Origin: a virus
Taxonomy: Duplodnaviria > Caudoviricetes
IMG/VR virus record: IMGVR_UViG_3300036784_000146
Coordinates: 32,001-96,000 of that record
Strand: one strand, 5' to 3'
Length of the DNA stretch: 64,000 nucleotides
Numbering within the stretch: position 1 is the stretch's first letter; the number at the start of each line of letters is the position of its first letter. The position numbers and the translations under genes were made by a program. Positions 1 through 8,739 of the stretch are shown piece after piece. The notes below the pieces were generated by a model. It was not told the DNA's origin. It searched no databases and was given only the letters and a program-made list of their open reading frames with translations.

Positions 1-97
1 GTGACCGAGCAGCCCAAGCAGGCCAAGCTGGCGTTCACCGTGGGCTGGTTGACTGAGGAGAGGGTCTAAGGTGCCTTGACGGGTTACCGTTAGGCTC

Positions 98-379
98 ATG
101 CCTCTTGCACACACCAAAGACCTCGACACGCTGGCGGCCTGGGCCGAAGAGCTGGGCTGGGAGCTGATCGAGACCAATCCGCCGATCCTGGTCAAGGCCG
201 GACGGCGCCTGCAGCTGAAGTTCAACGGCGCGGGCAAGATCAACGGCATGAGCTGGACCGGCGGATCTGAGCATGGCGACATGATGTCGGGGGCCTGCAG
301 CTTCCGCCGGGTGCGTGAATGGATGCAGACCGCACTAGACAAGCCACCGCCGACGGATCCCGACGACAATCTCCCCTAG
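98..379 (+). CDS. hypothetical protein (93 aa)
   Basis: ORF with GC3-rich codon usage on the same strand as all neighbours; no recognisable motif. Confidence 0.6.
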   Translation: MPLAHTKDLDTLAAWAEELGWELIETNPPILVKAGRRLQLKFNGAGKINGMSWTGGSEHGDMMSGACSFRRVREWMQTALDKPPPTDPDDNLP

Positions 380-444
380 ACTTTCCTACAATTTTGCCTT
401 AATCTGGGTCCAGCACTGGAATTAACCCGGAAGGTAAACTACAC

Positions 445-744
445 ATGTCTTTCTTGGCAACACTTCCCGCTGACATCGCCGCCACCGCTGGCGGGCTCGC
501 CGGGCTCGGCGCGACCGTTACCGCCGCCCACTCGGCGGCCGCCGGACCGTTGGGGGCTGTCGTTCCTCCGGCGCCGGAGCCGACGTCGATCTTGGCGGCT
601 ATGGCTCACCAGACCCATCACGGCGTCTACCAGGCTGCTGCCAGCGTGGCCGACGCCATCCACGCCATGTTCACCGGAACCATGGGCGTCTCGGGTGTCA
701 CCTATGACCTCGCCGAGGCGGCCACGGCGCTCACGATGTTCTAG
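445..744 (+). CDS. PE family protein (type VII secretion substrate)
   Basis: 99 aa, Ala-rich; MSFLATLPADI N-terminus, VVPPA..E..S segment, YQA..AIH.MF segment and C-terminal YxxxE signal (YDLAE), as in mycobacterial PE proteins; directly upstream of a PPE gene. Confidence 0.9.
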   Translation: MSFLATLPADIAATAGGLAGLGATVTAAHSAAAGPLGAVVPPAPEPTSILAAMAHQTHHGVYQAAASVADAIHAMFTGTMGVSGVTYDLAEAATALTMF

Positions 745-747
745 GCC

Positions 748-1980
748 ATGGACTACGGGGCGGAGCCGCCGGAGGTCAATTCCGGCCGCATGTATGCGGG
801 GGTGGGCAGTGGGCCACTGATGGCGGCAGCAGCTGCCTGGCAAGCCCTGGCCGTCGAGCTGGGGATGTCGGGGGCGGTGTACTCCCAGATGATTGCCAGC
901 CTGCTCGGGTCCTGGATGGGCCCTTCCTCGGCCGCAATGGCTGCCTCCGCCGCTCCTTACGTGGCGTGGATGATTCAGGCCGCCCTGCAGTGCGAGGAGC
1001 ATGCAGTGGCTACTGCGGCCACCGCAGCCTCCTTCGAGACCGCGCTTGCCGGGGTGATTCCGCCGCCGTTGATCGCCGAGAACCGGACCGAGCTGGCCAC
1101 CTTGGTGGCGACCAACTTCCTGGGCGTCAACACTCCGGCGATTGCCGCCAACCAGGCCGAGTACGCCGAGTTCTGGGCTCAGGACTCTTCCACGCTGTAC
1201 AGCTACGCCGGAGAGATGTCGGCCATCCTGGGCGGGCTGATGCCGTTCACGCCGCCGATGCTCAACACCGATCCGGCCGGGCTGGCGGCTCAGGCCGCCG
1301 CCGTCGGCACCGATACCGGGCAGTCAGCCGGACAGGCGGGCCAGACCGTCAGCGGCGTCGGCACCACGATGCCCGGGGCTGCCTCTCCTGCCAGCTCGAT
1401 GCTCGCCGCCGGTCCGTCGATGGTCGGCATGATCCCTCAGGCCCTGCAATCGCTGGCCTCTCCGGCCACCTCGCTGATGAGCGGGGGCGGTCTGTCCAGC
1501 CTCGCCGGGCAGTTCCAGTCGCTGATGGGCCCGTTCATGAGCATGGGCGCGATGGGCTCGTTCACCAACGCTTTCAGTAGCGGCTTGAGTAGCTCGCTGG
1601 GCTCGGGACTCGGCTCGTTGGGCTCTCTGTCGTCCAACGCCAATCTTGGTGGTGGCTATGTCGCCAGCATGGGCCGCGCGGTAGGTGTGGGCGCAGGTCC
1701 CACCAAGCTGTCGGTGCCCGTCTCCTGGGGCCAGACCACCGGCTCCCCTACCAGCCCGTTGATCCGCCCGCTGTTGGCCGCCGAGACCGAGGCCGCACCG
1801 GCGGCCGGTGCGCAGGCGGGGATGATTCCGCCCGGCGTGGGCACCATGGCCGGTGCCGGTCAGCAGCAGGGTGGCACTCCGGGTTTCACAAGCCTTATCC
1901 CAGCCGGGATGAGAGGGAGTCTGGGCAAGGAGGGCGACCCCAATTCCCGTCAACCACAGTTCACCAACTATCTGGTGTGA
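748..1980 (+). CDS. PPE family protein, SVP subfamily
   Basis: MDYGAEPPEVNSGRMYAG N-terminus, WxG motif (SWMGPSS), ATNFLGVNT helical tip, YAEFWAQD, and C-terminal LSVPVSW (SVP motif). Confidence 0.95.
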   Translation: MDYGAEPPEVNSGRMYAGVGSGPLMAAAAAWQALAVELGMSGAVYSQMIASLLGSWMGPSSAAMAASAAPYVAWMIQAALQCEEHAVATAATAASFETALAGVIPPPLIAENRTELATLVATNFLGVNTPAIAANQAEYAEFWAQDSSTLYSYAGEMSAILGGLMPFTPPMLNTDPAGLAAQAAAVGTDTGQSAGQAGQTVSGVGTTMPGAASPASSMLAAGPSMVGMIPQALQSLASPATSLMSGGGLSSLAGQFQSLMGPFMSMGAMGSFTNAFSSGLSSSLGSGLGSLGSLSSNANLGGGYVASMGRAVGVGAGPTKLSVPVSWGQTTGSPTSPLIRPLLAAETEAAPAAGAQAGMIPPGVGTMAGAGQQQGGTPGFTSLIPAGMRGSLGKEGDPNSRQPQFTNYLV

Positions 1981-1995
1981 AAAAGGAGAAACGAA

Positions 1996-2316
1996 ATGAC
2001 TCAGCAGTTTTGGGAGATCACCATCATCGGCGTCCTCGTCGTCCTGATGGTCGGCATCTTCGTGATGGGCAACGTCGTCAACCGTGACCGGTTGAACAAT
2101 GCGCTCAACGATGCCGCAAAAAAGCCCATCGAGTTGCATCAGCAACTGCTGGCGCGCGAAGACGCGGGAGTGAAGGCTCTGGGTATCGTGGCGGATCTGG
2201 TTCAGGAAAACGGCCGACAACTCGCTCACATGCGCGAGGTTGGCGTTCCGGTTATCACCCGCCCGGTGAACGGCCGCGACGAGGCGGTCGTGGTACGAGC
2301 TGCCGTTACAAAGTAG
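1996..2316 (+). CDS. small membrane-anchored protein
   Basis: Strong RBS (AAGGAG); N-terminal hydrophobic helix ITIIGVLVVLMVGIFVMG. Confidence 0.7.
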   Translation: MTQQFWEITIIGVLVVLMVGIFVMGNVVNRDRLNNALNDAAKKPIELHQQLLAREDAGVKALGIVADLVQENGRQLAHMREVGVPVITRPVNGRDEAVVVRAAVTK

Positions 2317-2325
2317 GCGGCGCCG

Positions 2326-2643
2326 ATGACAGCCCAGCGGGTGGTGCTCCCACCACCAACACCACTGGTTCCTGACGGCCAGTGGTGGCTGGTGCTGGAT
2401 CCCGACGGCGTCACGGTCACGCTGGCGATCATGAACGGCACCAACATCGTCGCGTCGGAGGTCGCCGCGATGCCGGGCGGCATGCGCCGGGGCAATTTGA
2501 AAGTGCCCGGCGAGCTGAAGCGGATGGCCGTCGACATCAACAACCGGATCGAGTATCGCGAGTATCTGAGCAAGGAGCTGGGAGGACAGGTCACCGTGGA
2601 ACTCATGCACGTCGGCAACATGGGGATGTGGTCACATGACTAG
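2326..2643 (+). CDS. hypothetical protein (105 aa)
   Basis: Fills the gap in a tight operon and overlaps the next start by 8 nt. Confidence 0.6.
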   Translation: MTAQRVVLPPPTPLVPDGQWWLVLDPDGVTVTLAIMNGTNIVASEVAAMPGGMRRGNLKVPGELKRMAVDINNRIEYREYLSKELGGQVTVELMHVGNMGMWSHD

Positions 2644-3214
2644 TGGCTTCAGCGTCGACCCGAGCCAGCTGTTCGTCGCCGGGAACGGCCACCTGGAATA
2701 CATCGATCAGCTCGGTCAGCTCATCGACTTCGGCCCGGCCCCTAATGACTGGCCCAGCTCGGCCGGGGTGGCGACATCGCGTCAGGGCAAGAACGCCATG
2801 ACATCGGCCATGATGGCCCAGCTGGGTCAGCACGGGGCCACCCTGGGCGCCAACGCCGGGTCCTACGAGGCCCAGGAGGGGGCCAACAAGGCCAAGCTGG
2901 ACACCGGCGGCATGAAGGATATGGCGGGACTGATGACGTCCAGCATGAAGGATGTCGGCGGCCTGGCTACCAACACGTTCAAGGACGTGGAGGGCATCTT
3001 CGGTACCGCCGGTCAGGTCACTGCTGCGGCGGGAGGCAGTCTCGGGGGTGCTGCAGCCTCGGCGTCAGCCTCGTTCATGGGCAAGGTCTCGCCTCCGGCG
3101 TCGACTGCTCATGCCGTGACACCCACCTCGGGCACTCCGGAGTCCGCTGCACCGGCCGGGGCTGACGACGACGGGAGGAAGCACGATGGCACCCACGCTC
3201 AGCAGCATTCGTAA
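2636..3214 (+). CDS. EspC/PE-like type VII secretion target
   Basis: FSVDPSQL N-terminus, ~90 aa helical-hairpin-like domain ending in the YxxxE motif (SYEAQE), then a low-complexity tail. Confidence 0.6.
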   Translation: MTSGFSVDPSQLFVAGNGHLEYIDQLGQLIDFGPAPNDWPSSAGVATSRQGKNAMTSAMMAQLGQHGATLGANAGSYEAQEGANKAKLDTGGMKDMAGLMTSSMKDVGGLATNTFKDVEGIFGTAGQVTAAAGGSLGGAAASASASFMGKVSPPASTAHAVTPTSGTPESAAPAGADDDGRKHDGTHAQQHS

Positions 3215-4196
3215 CTACGACCCGCGCTGGTTGCTGGACGACGCCAGCCACAGCCGCCGGGTGGCCAATGGCTGGACCGACGCCTGGTCCGGTGCCTACA
3301 GCAGCGTCGAGGGGATCCCATGGACCGGCACCGGCAGGGAGGCCGCGCTCGCCGCGCACGGCGCCGACCTCAGCCGGGCGCAATCCCACGCCGCCACTCT
3401 GACCGCTAGCGCCGCGACGACCGAGCAGACCTATCACGACCTCGTCAACGAGCGGGACGCGCTGCTCCGGCAGGTCGACCAGGCGACGAACGAGGGCTAC
3501 CAGGTGACCGAGAGCTTCACCGTGATGCCCGGGCCGAAGATGAAGGGGGCCGAGGTCATCCTGCGCGCGCCGGATATGGCGCAGAAGACCGCCGCGCTGA
3601 CCGAGGCGGCTGGGCAGCTGTTCGCCAACGATGCGGCCGCCGGTGCCGCTGTGGCCGCCCCGGCCGCGACGTTCGCCGACGCGCCGATGGCGGTAGCCCA
3701 CAACGGAGTGCAGCTGGTGGATAAGGTGACCCCGATTCCTTCCCCTGGCGACCTGTCGTCGATCGCGCCGCCCGACATGCCCGATACGTCCGCTCCATTC
3801 TTGGACGGGTACCAGGCCAGCATCGGAGCGACTCCGCCGCAGACCGGGGAGCCCGTGGCACCGATGCCAACCAGCCGTCCGCCGAACGTCCCCAAGGGAG
3901 TGCCGCTCCCGCCGGTCATGACCAAGCCCCCGCCCAACGACGGGGTCTTTGAGCCGGGTCCCGACCCGGGCTTCACCGAGGAGAATCCCAGGACGGGTCC
4001 GGTGCTCGGCGCTGCGGTGATGGGCGGGACATTGGGCTGTGAGACCGGAGCAGGATGGGCGGCCGCCCTTTCGGCCCCGGTGATCCCCGCCGAGGCTATT
4101 GCGGTGCCCGTTGGATGTGCCACCGGAGCTGCCATCGGTGCAGCTCCGCCGTTGCTGTACCCCTGGGTCGACAACTTGTTGGAAGGAGGTGGGTGA
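3186..4196 (+). CDS. WXG100-like-led putative ESX-secreted toxin with glycine-zipper C-terminus
   Basis: N-terminus PTLSSIRNYD...WTGTGREAA...EGYQVTESFTV is typical of mycobacterial T7SS polymorphic-toxin leaders; Pro-rich linker; hydrophobic Gly-zipper C-terminus (GAAVMGGTLGC...GCATGAAIG). Confidence 0.65.
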   Translation: MAPTLSSIRNYDPRWLLDDASHSRRVANGWTDAWSGAYSSVEGIPWTGTGREAALAAHGADLSRAQSHAATLTASAATTEQTYHDLVNERDALLRQVDQATNEGYQVTESFTVMPGPKMKGAEVILRAPDMAQKTAALTEAAGQLFANDAAAGAAVAAPAATFADAPMAVAHNGVQLVDKVTPIPSPGDLSSIAPPDMPDTSAPFLDGYQASIGATPPQTGEPVAPMPTSRPPNVPKGVPLPPVMTKPPPNDGVFEPGPDPGFTEENPRTGPVLGAAVMGGTLGCETGAGWAAALSAPVIPAEAIAVPVGCATGAAIGAAPPLLYPWVDNLLEGGG

Positions 4197-4303
4197 TGCC
4201 CCCGCGCGTGTACCGGTTCTGGAAGCGCTGCCAGCTGGGGACGTTCGAGCTGCTCGTCGCTGCTTCGGCCGTCGGCTGGATCATTCATCTCGTGACGCGG
4301 TGA
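4196..4303 (+). CDS. 35 aa membrane peptide, putative immunity protein
   Basis: ATG overlaps the toxin stop (TGATG) after GGAGG; MPPRVYRFWKRCQLGTFELLVAASAVGWIIHLVTR has a basic N-terminus and one TM helix. Confidence 0.5.
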   Translation: MPPRVYRFWKRCQLGTFELLVAASAVGWIIHLVTR

Positions 4304-4359
4304 AACCTGTCGGTGGGTCGCGTTAGATTCGGTTCGTCAAAGAAAACGGCGCTCTGACG

Positions 4360-4388
4360 TTGGCATTGTAGGAACATTAGGGTAAAGT
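4360..4388 (+). promoter_or_regulatory. SigA-like promoter
   Basis: TTGGCA-17 bp-TAAAGT in an AT-richer intergenic gap upstream of 4438. Confidence 0.6.
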
Positions 4389-4437
4389 TGGAGCCAGTTA
4401 AGCCCGACCGGGGCTTCGAGAAAGGAAGACACACACC

Positions 4438-5619
4438 ATGACCGCAGCAACAGAAGCATTCCCCACCCGCGTAGACCGCGAGCGGGACGTCCGGAAGGTC
4501 CTGGACTACCTCAACCAGCAGCAAACCATCAAGCGCGACTTCGTCGTCCCGGCCTCGGTGCTCAGCTTCGACATCGGCGATATGATCGTCGACGCCGCCA
4601 ACCTCGTGATGGACGAGGAGGGTGTCACCGACGTCAACGGCCGCTACGAGCTGTCCGGCCACGCGCTGAACCAGCTCGCCGACATCTTCAAGATTCCCGG
4701 CCGCTACCTCAAGCGCTGCCGCTCGGAGAAGGTGTCGCTGTTCGACGCCAACCTGAACGGGTGGGTCGAGGAAGATGCGCGCTCGTTCCTCCTGCGGACC
4801 TTCGTGCACAACGCCGAGGACCGCAACTACCTGCGGGCGATCCTGTCCAACGGCTACGGGATCATGGACAACATCGACGTCCTGATGTCGGCCATCCAGG
4901 GTCTGGCTCAGGTGCAGCTGCCCAGCGGTGGGTTCCTGGGGCCGCAGAACATCCGCGACATCCAGGTGACCGAGTCCCGCCTGTACATCCGGGTCGAGGC
5001 TCCCGAGATCACAGCCGTCGGCGGCGAGTACGTCAAGGGCCTGCGCAGCCCCTTCCGGGGTACCGGCCACGGTGGGGTCTCCGCCGAGCACCCCGAGCTG
5101 GTGCACGCCGGGTTCGTCATCACCAACTCCGAGGTGGGTGACGGTGCCTTCAACGCTACCGGCGAGGTGATCGCGAAGGTCTGCGACAACGGCGCCCAGA
5201 TGCGCGACAGCCGGATCCGCAAGGTCCACGTCGGCGAGCGGTTGGACCACGGTCACATCAAGTGGTCGGCGGACACCCAGGCGGCCGAGGTCAAGGCCAT
5301 GCAGCTGAAGGTGCGCGATGCCTTCACCTCCTTCCTGACGGTCGAATGGTTGGAGGAAGCGGTGGCCAAGCTGAACAAGGACGCCGGACACCCGGTGGAG
5401 GACGTTCAGAAGACCATCGAGGTGGTCTCCAACCAGCTGCAGTTCAACCAGGACGAGCAGGCCGCCATCATGCGGATGTTCTTCGACGGTGGCCAGCGGA
5501 CCTCCGGCGGGGTGGCGAACGCCATCACGGCTGCCGCCCAGACCATCGAGGATGCCGATCGGGCGAACTACTTCACCGAGGTGGCCGTCGACGCGATGAA
5601 GATTGCCGCCACGGTGTAA
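4438..5619 (+). CDS. DUF932-like phage protein
   Basis: LRAILSNGY...DN and GFVITNSEVGDG...KVCDNG motifs match the DUF932/DUF945 pattern; strong RBS. Confidence 0.65.
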   Translation: MTAATEAFPTRVDRERDVRKVLDYLNQQQTIKRDFVVPASVLSFDIGDMIVDAANLVMDEEGVTDVNGRYELSGHALNQLADIFKIPGRYLKRCRSEKVSLFDANLNGWVEEDARSFLLRTFVHNAEDRNYLRAILSNGYGIMDNIDVLMSAIQGLAQVQLPSGGFLGPQNIRDIQVTESRLYIRVEAPEITAVGGEYVKGLRSPFRGTGHGGVSAEHPELVHAGFVITNSEVGDGAFNATGEVIAKVCDNGAQMRDSRIRKVHVGERLDHGHIKWSADTQAAEVKAMQLKVRDAFTSFLTVEWLEEAVAKLNKDAGHPVEDVQKTIEVVSNQLQFNQDEQAAIMRMFFDGGQRTSGGVANAITAAAQTIEDADRANYFTEVAVDAMKIAATV

Positions 5620-5627
5620 CAACTTGG

Positions 5628-5726
5628 CCCCGGTGGGCTGCTGCCCGACACCCACCGGGGTCAATACCACACAACCCGAAGACCACCCCCGCGAGCCCTT
5701 CCTTCCCGAACTCGCGGGGGTCTTCG
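5628..5726 (+). terminator. two GC-rich hairpins after the DUF932-like gene
   Basis: CCCCGGTGGG/CCCACCGGGG and CGAAGAC..CCCCCGCGAG/CTCGCGGGGGTCTTCG inverted repeats. Confidence 0.5.
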
Positions 5727-5765
5727 TGTATCTGAGCCCTTCTCGGCCCTAAAAGGGTGGAGGAG
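5727..5765 (+). promoter_or_regulatory. bipartite TGT-N22-AAAGGG motif, copy 1 (putative late promoter)
   Basis: TGTA at 5727, AAAGGGTGGAGGAG from 5752. Confidence 0.55.
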
Positions 5766-5770
5766 GCATC

Positions 5771-6463
5771 ATGCAATTCACCGGCTCATTGGCCCGTGAG
5801 GCCGATCTGACCAACCGGCGGCTGGCGCAAGAGGCCCAGAAATTCCGTGAGGGCCGTGACGACTGGTTCGACGGCACCCCGGCATCGACCGACCGGCGCA
5901 TCTCAGCCTGCCAGCGTGTGCTTCACAGCGCCCGCAGCGCGCGGGCCCGCAGCCCCTTCGACTGGGAACCCCAGCAGATCATCGCCGAGCTGGAAGAGGA
6001 CCTGCGCGCCTTGGTCGGCCAGCGCGAGGACCTGCTCAGCGGTTACCAGGATCGCAAGGCCGCGTTGCCCTGGGGGAAGTCCGACGAGGAGCGAGAGGAG
6101 GAAAAACGCCAGCGCGAACACTGGCGGCAAGAAGACGGCCAAAGGGTGCGCCGTGGCTTGGAGCAGGCTTACGGTCGTCCCCGGGCGGCAGCCATCGACG
6201 ACGACGAGCTGCGCTGGGCTCACCTGGAAGCGCCCAAGTTCCTGCGCGCCAATCTCGACGTCGTCCACTATCGTGACGAGCTGGCCACTCGTGCCCAGCA
6301 CTGGGCGCAGAAGATGGCTTCCGGATTCGATCATCCAGCTGAGACCACCCGGGTCTTCGTGGGCGCGGTCGTCGAAGCAGCCCGCGCGGTGCCTTTCCAG
6401 CCGCCGATGCAGGTAGCTCATACGATTGACTTCGATCTCGACCCTGCGGCGATGTGGCTGTGA
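5771..6463 (+). CDS. hypothetical protein (230 aa), possibly head-associated
   Basis: ORF after the motif and RBS; contains RKAA and RPRAAA motifs like the head proteins. Confidence 0.65.
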   Translation: MQFTGSLAREADLTNRRLAQEAQKFREGRDDWFDGTPASTDRRISACQRVLHSARSARARSPFDWEPQQIIAELEEDLRALVGQREDLLSGYQDRKAALPWGKSDEEREEEKRQREHWRQEDGQRVRRGLEQAYGRPRAAAIDDDELRWAHLEAPKFLRANLDVVHYRDELATRAQHWAQKMASGFDHPAETTRVFVGAVVEAARAVPFQPPMQVAHTIDFDLDPAAMWL

Positions 6464-6945
6464 GAAGTTGGCTGCAAATTCTCTACCCGAACGCCACCCA
6501 ACTGGGATGGAGACCCGTCCGGTTCCAGCCGTTCCTTATGGTGGCCATGTTCGTCGGTGGCGTCATCTTGATTTACGCCAACTTCGATCCGGACTTGTCG
6601 CCACACTTCGCCCAGGACCGAGGCTTGGGTCTGGTGCCCGGCCTGTGGCTGGCTATGTTGGTAACCACCCCGGTGCTGGCGCTGGTGTCTTCGGCCCTGA
6701 TATTCAAGGGCCGGGGGCGCAACGTGCGTACTTTAGGCCTGGGCTTGAGGCTGGCCGCAGACATCACCTCCGCCACGACGCTGTGGTCTTACATCATTGC
6801 TCGCCTGACCGTCGAGACCTACGTGATGTCCGGCAGCCTGTTGGTCGCCGTTGGCTTGTTCTCCTTCGCCATCGTGCTTCGCGATATTTTGGCCCTCTCC
6901 GAGGAACGCAAACGGCTGCAGTTGTGGGAGGAACTGCGTTCATGA
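6454..6945 (+). CDS. 4-TM membrane protein, holin-like
   Basis: Four hydrophobic segments; lies in the lysis region upstream of LysB. Confidence 0.6.
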   Translation: MAVRSWLQILYPNATQLGWRPVRFQPFLMVAMFVGGVILIYANFDPDLSPHFAQDRGLGLVPGLWLAMLVTTPVLALVSSALIFKGRGRNVRTLGLGLRLAADITSATTLWSYIIARLTVETYVMSGSLLVAVGLFSFAIVLRDILALSEERKRLQLWEELRS

Positions 6946-7298
6946 TGGTCCTGGCCTCCCATGCACTTTCTCACAGCGAAGCAGACACCGGTCACTTCCT
7001 TGCCAACGCGTGCATCTGGTTCGGGCTCTTTGCGACGGTGGCTGCCGTCCTATGGGTCTTTTTCGTCCAGGCGCGATCCAGCAAAACCGTCTCGTCAGAT
7101 CTGTTGGTTGCCAAGAGCATCGCCGACAACGACAACAGTCGGTTGGTCGAGGACAACAAGTTGTTGCGTCGGGTTCTGGTCGACCTGGCCCGCGTAAGCA
7201 ATCAGGTTCAAGAAGAGTACCCAGACATGCCCGACGTCGTCGCTAAACGCTTACGCACCACGCTCTTGGCGGCTGAGGCAATTTTGACTAGTCATTAG
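6942..7298 (+). CDS. 1-TM coiled-coil membrane protein (lysis accessory)
   Basis: ATG overlaps the previous stop (ATGA); one TM helix (CIWFGLFATVAAVLWVFFV) followed by a coiled coil; true start is 6942, not 6426. Confidence 0.6.
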   Translation: MMVLASHALSHSEADTGHFLANACIWFGLFATVAAVLWVFFVQARSSKTVSSDLLVAKSIADNDNSRLVEDNKLLRRVLVDLARVSNQVQEEYPDMPDVVAKRLRTTLLAAEAILTSH

Positions 7299-7310
7299 GA
7301 GGCATCAATC

Positions 7311-7799
7311 ATGACCGCACCCGATCCGGCTTGGGTTGTCCAGCAACAGGTATTCCCTCCCGGCCCGCAGCCGCCGGACGCCATCACCATGTACGACGGC
7401 GCTGTGCAGGCCAAGAACGGCTTCGGGCCGTGGAAGGCTTGGGACCTCCGGGGCTGGCTGAACCGGCTCGTCTGGGACCTGCTGCGGTTCCAGACCATCG
7501 ACTCCGGCAAGCCCAACGCCGACCGCACCGTCCCCTACGGCCTGCGCGACAGCGTCAGCGCGATCTGGTACCTCACCGACCAGAACAACCAGCTGCTGAA
7601 GGCCATCGCCACCAAGGTCGGCGCCGACACCACTCACCTGGTGATGGCCCAGAAGGACGTGCAGGAGGCCGCGCTGGCCAACGAGGCCTTCGTCGCCTCG
7701 GTGCGTGAGCACCTGACCGCGATGGAGGACACCCTCAGGGCCAGCGGTGTCGTCAACCCCGGGCTGCTGCGGCAGGCCGGTCTGCACGTGGTGCTCTGA
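7311..7799 (+). CDS. hypothetical protein in the lysis cassette
   Basis: Strong RBS AGGAGG; no catalytic motif seen. Confidence 0.65.
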   Translation: MTAPDPAWVVQQQVFPPGPQPPDAITMYDGAVQAKNGFGPWKAWDLRGWLNRLVWDLLRFQTIDSGKPNADRTVPYGLRDSVSAIWYLTDQNNQLLKAIATKVGADTTHLVMAQKDVQEAALANEAFVASVREHLTAMEDTLRASGVVNPGLLRQAGLHVVL

Positions 7800-7800
7800 C

Positions 7801-8739
7801 ATGCCGGGCCCCATGCTCGTCACGGTCAACGGGACCGGCGTTCCGGATCCGTTTGGGCCGGGCTTCTCCGGCGATCTCGGCCGGGCGTTGACCAATCCCT
7901 GGAACGGCATCGCCGCCCAGTTCTGGGGACAGGGTGCCGACCAGGCCTACGGCAGGTTCATTTTCTGGCAACCGATCGGCTATCCGGCGGGCGTCTTCCC
8001 GATGAACCCGTCGGTCAATACCGGTGTCGCCGAGGTCAGCCGCCAGGTCACCTTGCACGAGGCCGACGGCAGTTGCCCGCCCGGCTACCCGCTGTTCCTC
8101 TCGGGGTACTCGCAGGGCGCTTTGGTGACGAATGTGTTCTGGCGTGATTTCGTGTTAAACCCCAACGGGCCACACAACAACCGGCTGAACGACATCGTGG
8201 ACCTGGGCGGCATCATCAACTTCGGGGACCCGATGGCCTGTCCCGGGGTGTACAACGGCAACATCGCCGCCGGGTTCGCCAAGCCCAAGCTCCTGGACGG
8301 TGTCATCCCCGGCGGCATCGCCGGACCGGGATGCCTGACCCCGGCGCAGACCCCTGATTGCCTACTGACGTGCGGACTGGACGGGGACCTCTATGGTGCC
8401 GCGCCGGTCGGACCGGCCAGCCTGCCGGTCTTACCTACCGGGGCCCCTTGGGTCAAAGAGCCCCTGGTCGGCCAGATCGAGACCCGCATCTATGGCTTCA
8501 TCGAGAGCGGCTCGATATTGACCGGCCTCATGGCCGTCGCCGAGGGTGTGGCCCAGGAGTTCGAGCAGCCGCTGTCCAACACGATCGCCCTGGTGCACGC
8601 CATCTTCAACGGCATGGGCTTTGCGGCCCAAGGAACAAACGCACCGCACTGGCGTTATCAGGGATTTATCCCTCCCATGGTCGGTTGGATCATCAGGCGG
8701 GCCCAGACTTCGATGGCTCGGATCGCGGCGGCCGCCTGA
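7801..8739 (+). CDS. lysB: Lysin B (mycolylarabinogalactan esterase, cutinase fold)
   Basis: TVNGTGVPDPFGPG...WQPIGYPAGVFPMNPSVNTGVAE...GYSQGA...FGDPM closely parallels D29 LysB; nucleophile motif GYSQG at 8104-8118. Confidence 0.9.
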   Translation: MPGPMLVTVNGTGVPDPFGPGFSGDLGRALTNPWNGIAAQFWGQGADQAYGRFIFWQPIGYPAGVFPMNPSVNTGVAEVSRQVTLHEADGSCPPGYPLFLSGYSQGALVTNVFWRDFVLNPNGPHNNRLNDIVDLGGIINFGDPMACPGVYNGNIAAGFAKPKLLDGVIPGGIAGPGCLTPAQTPDCLLTCGLDGDLYGAAPVGPASLPVLPTGAPWVKEPLVGQIETRIYGFIESGSILTGLMAVAEGVAQEFEQPLSNTIALVHAIFNGMGFAAQGTNAPHWRYQGFIPPMVGWIIRRAQTSMARIAAAA

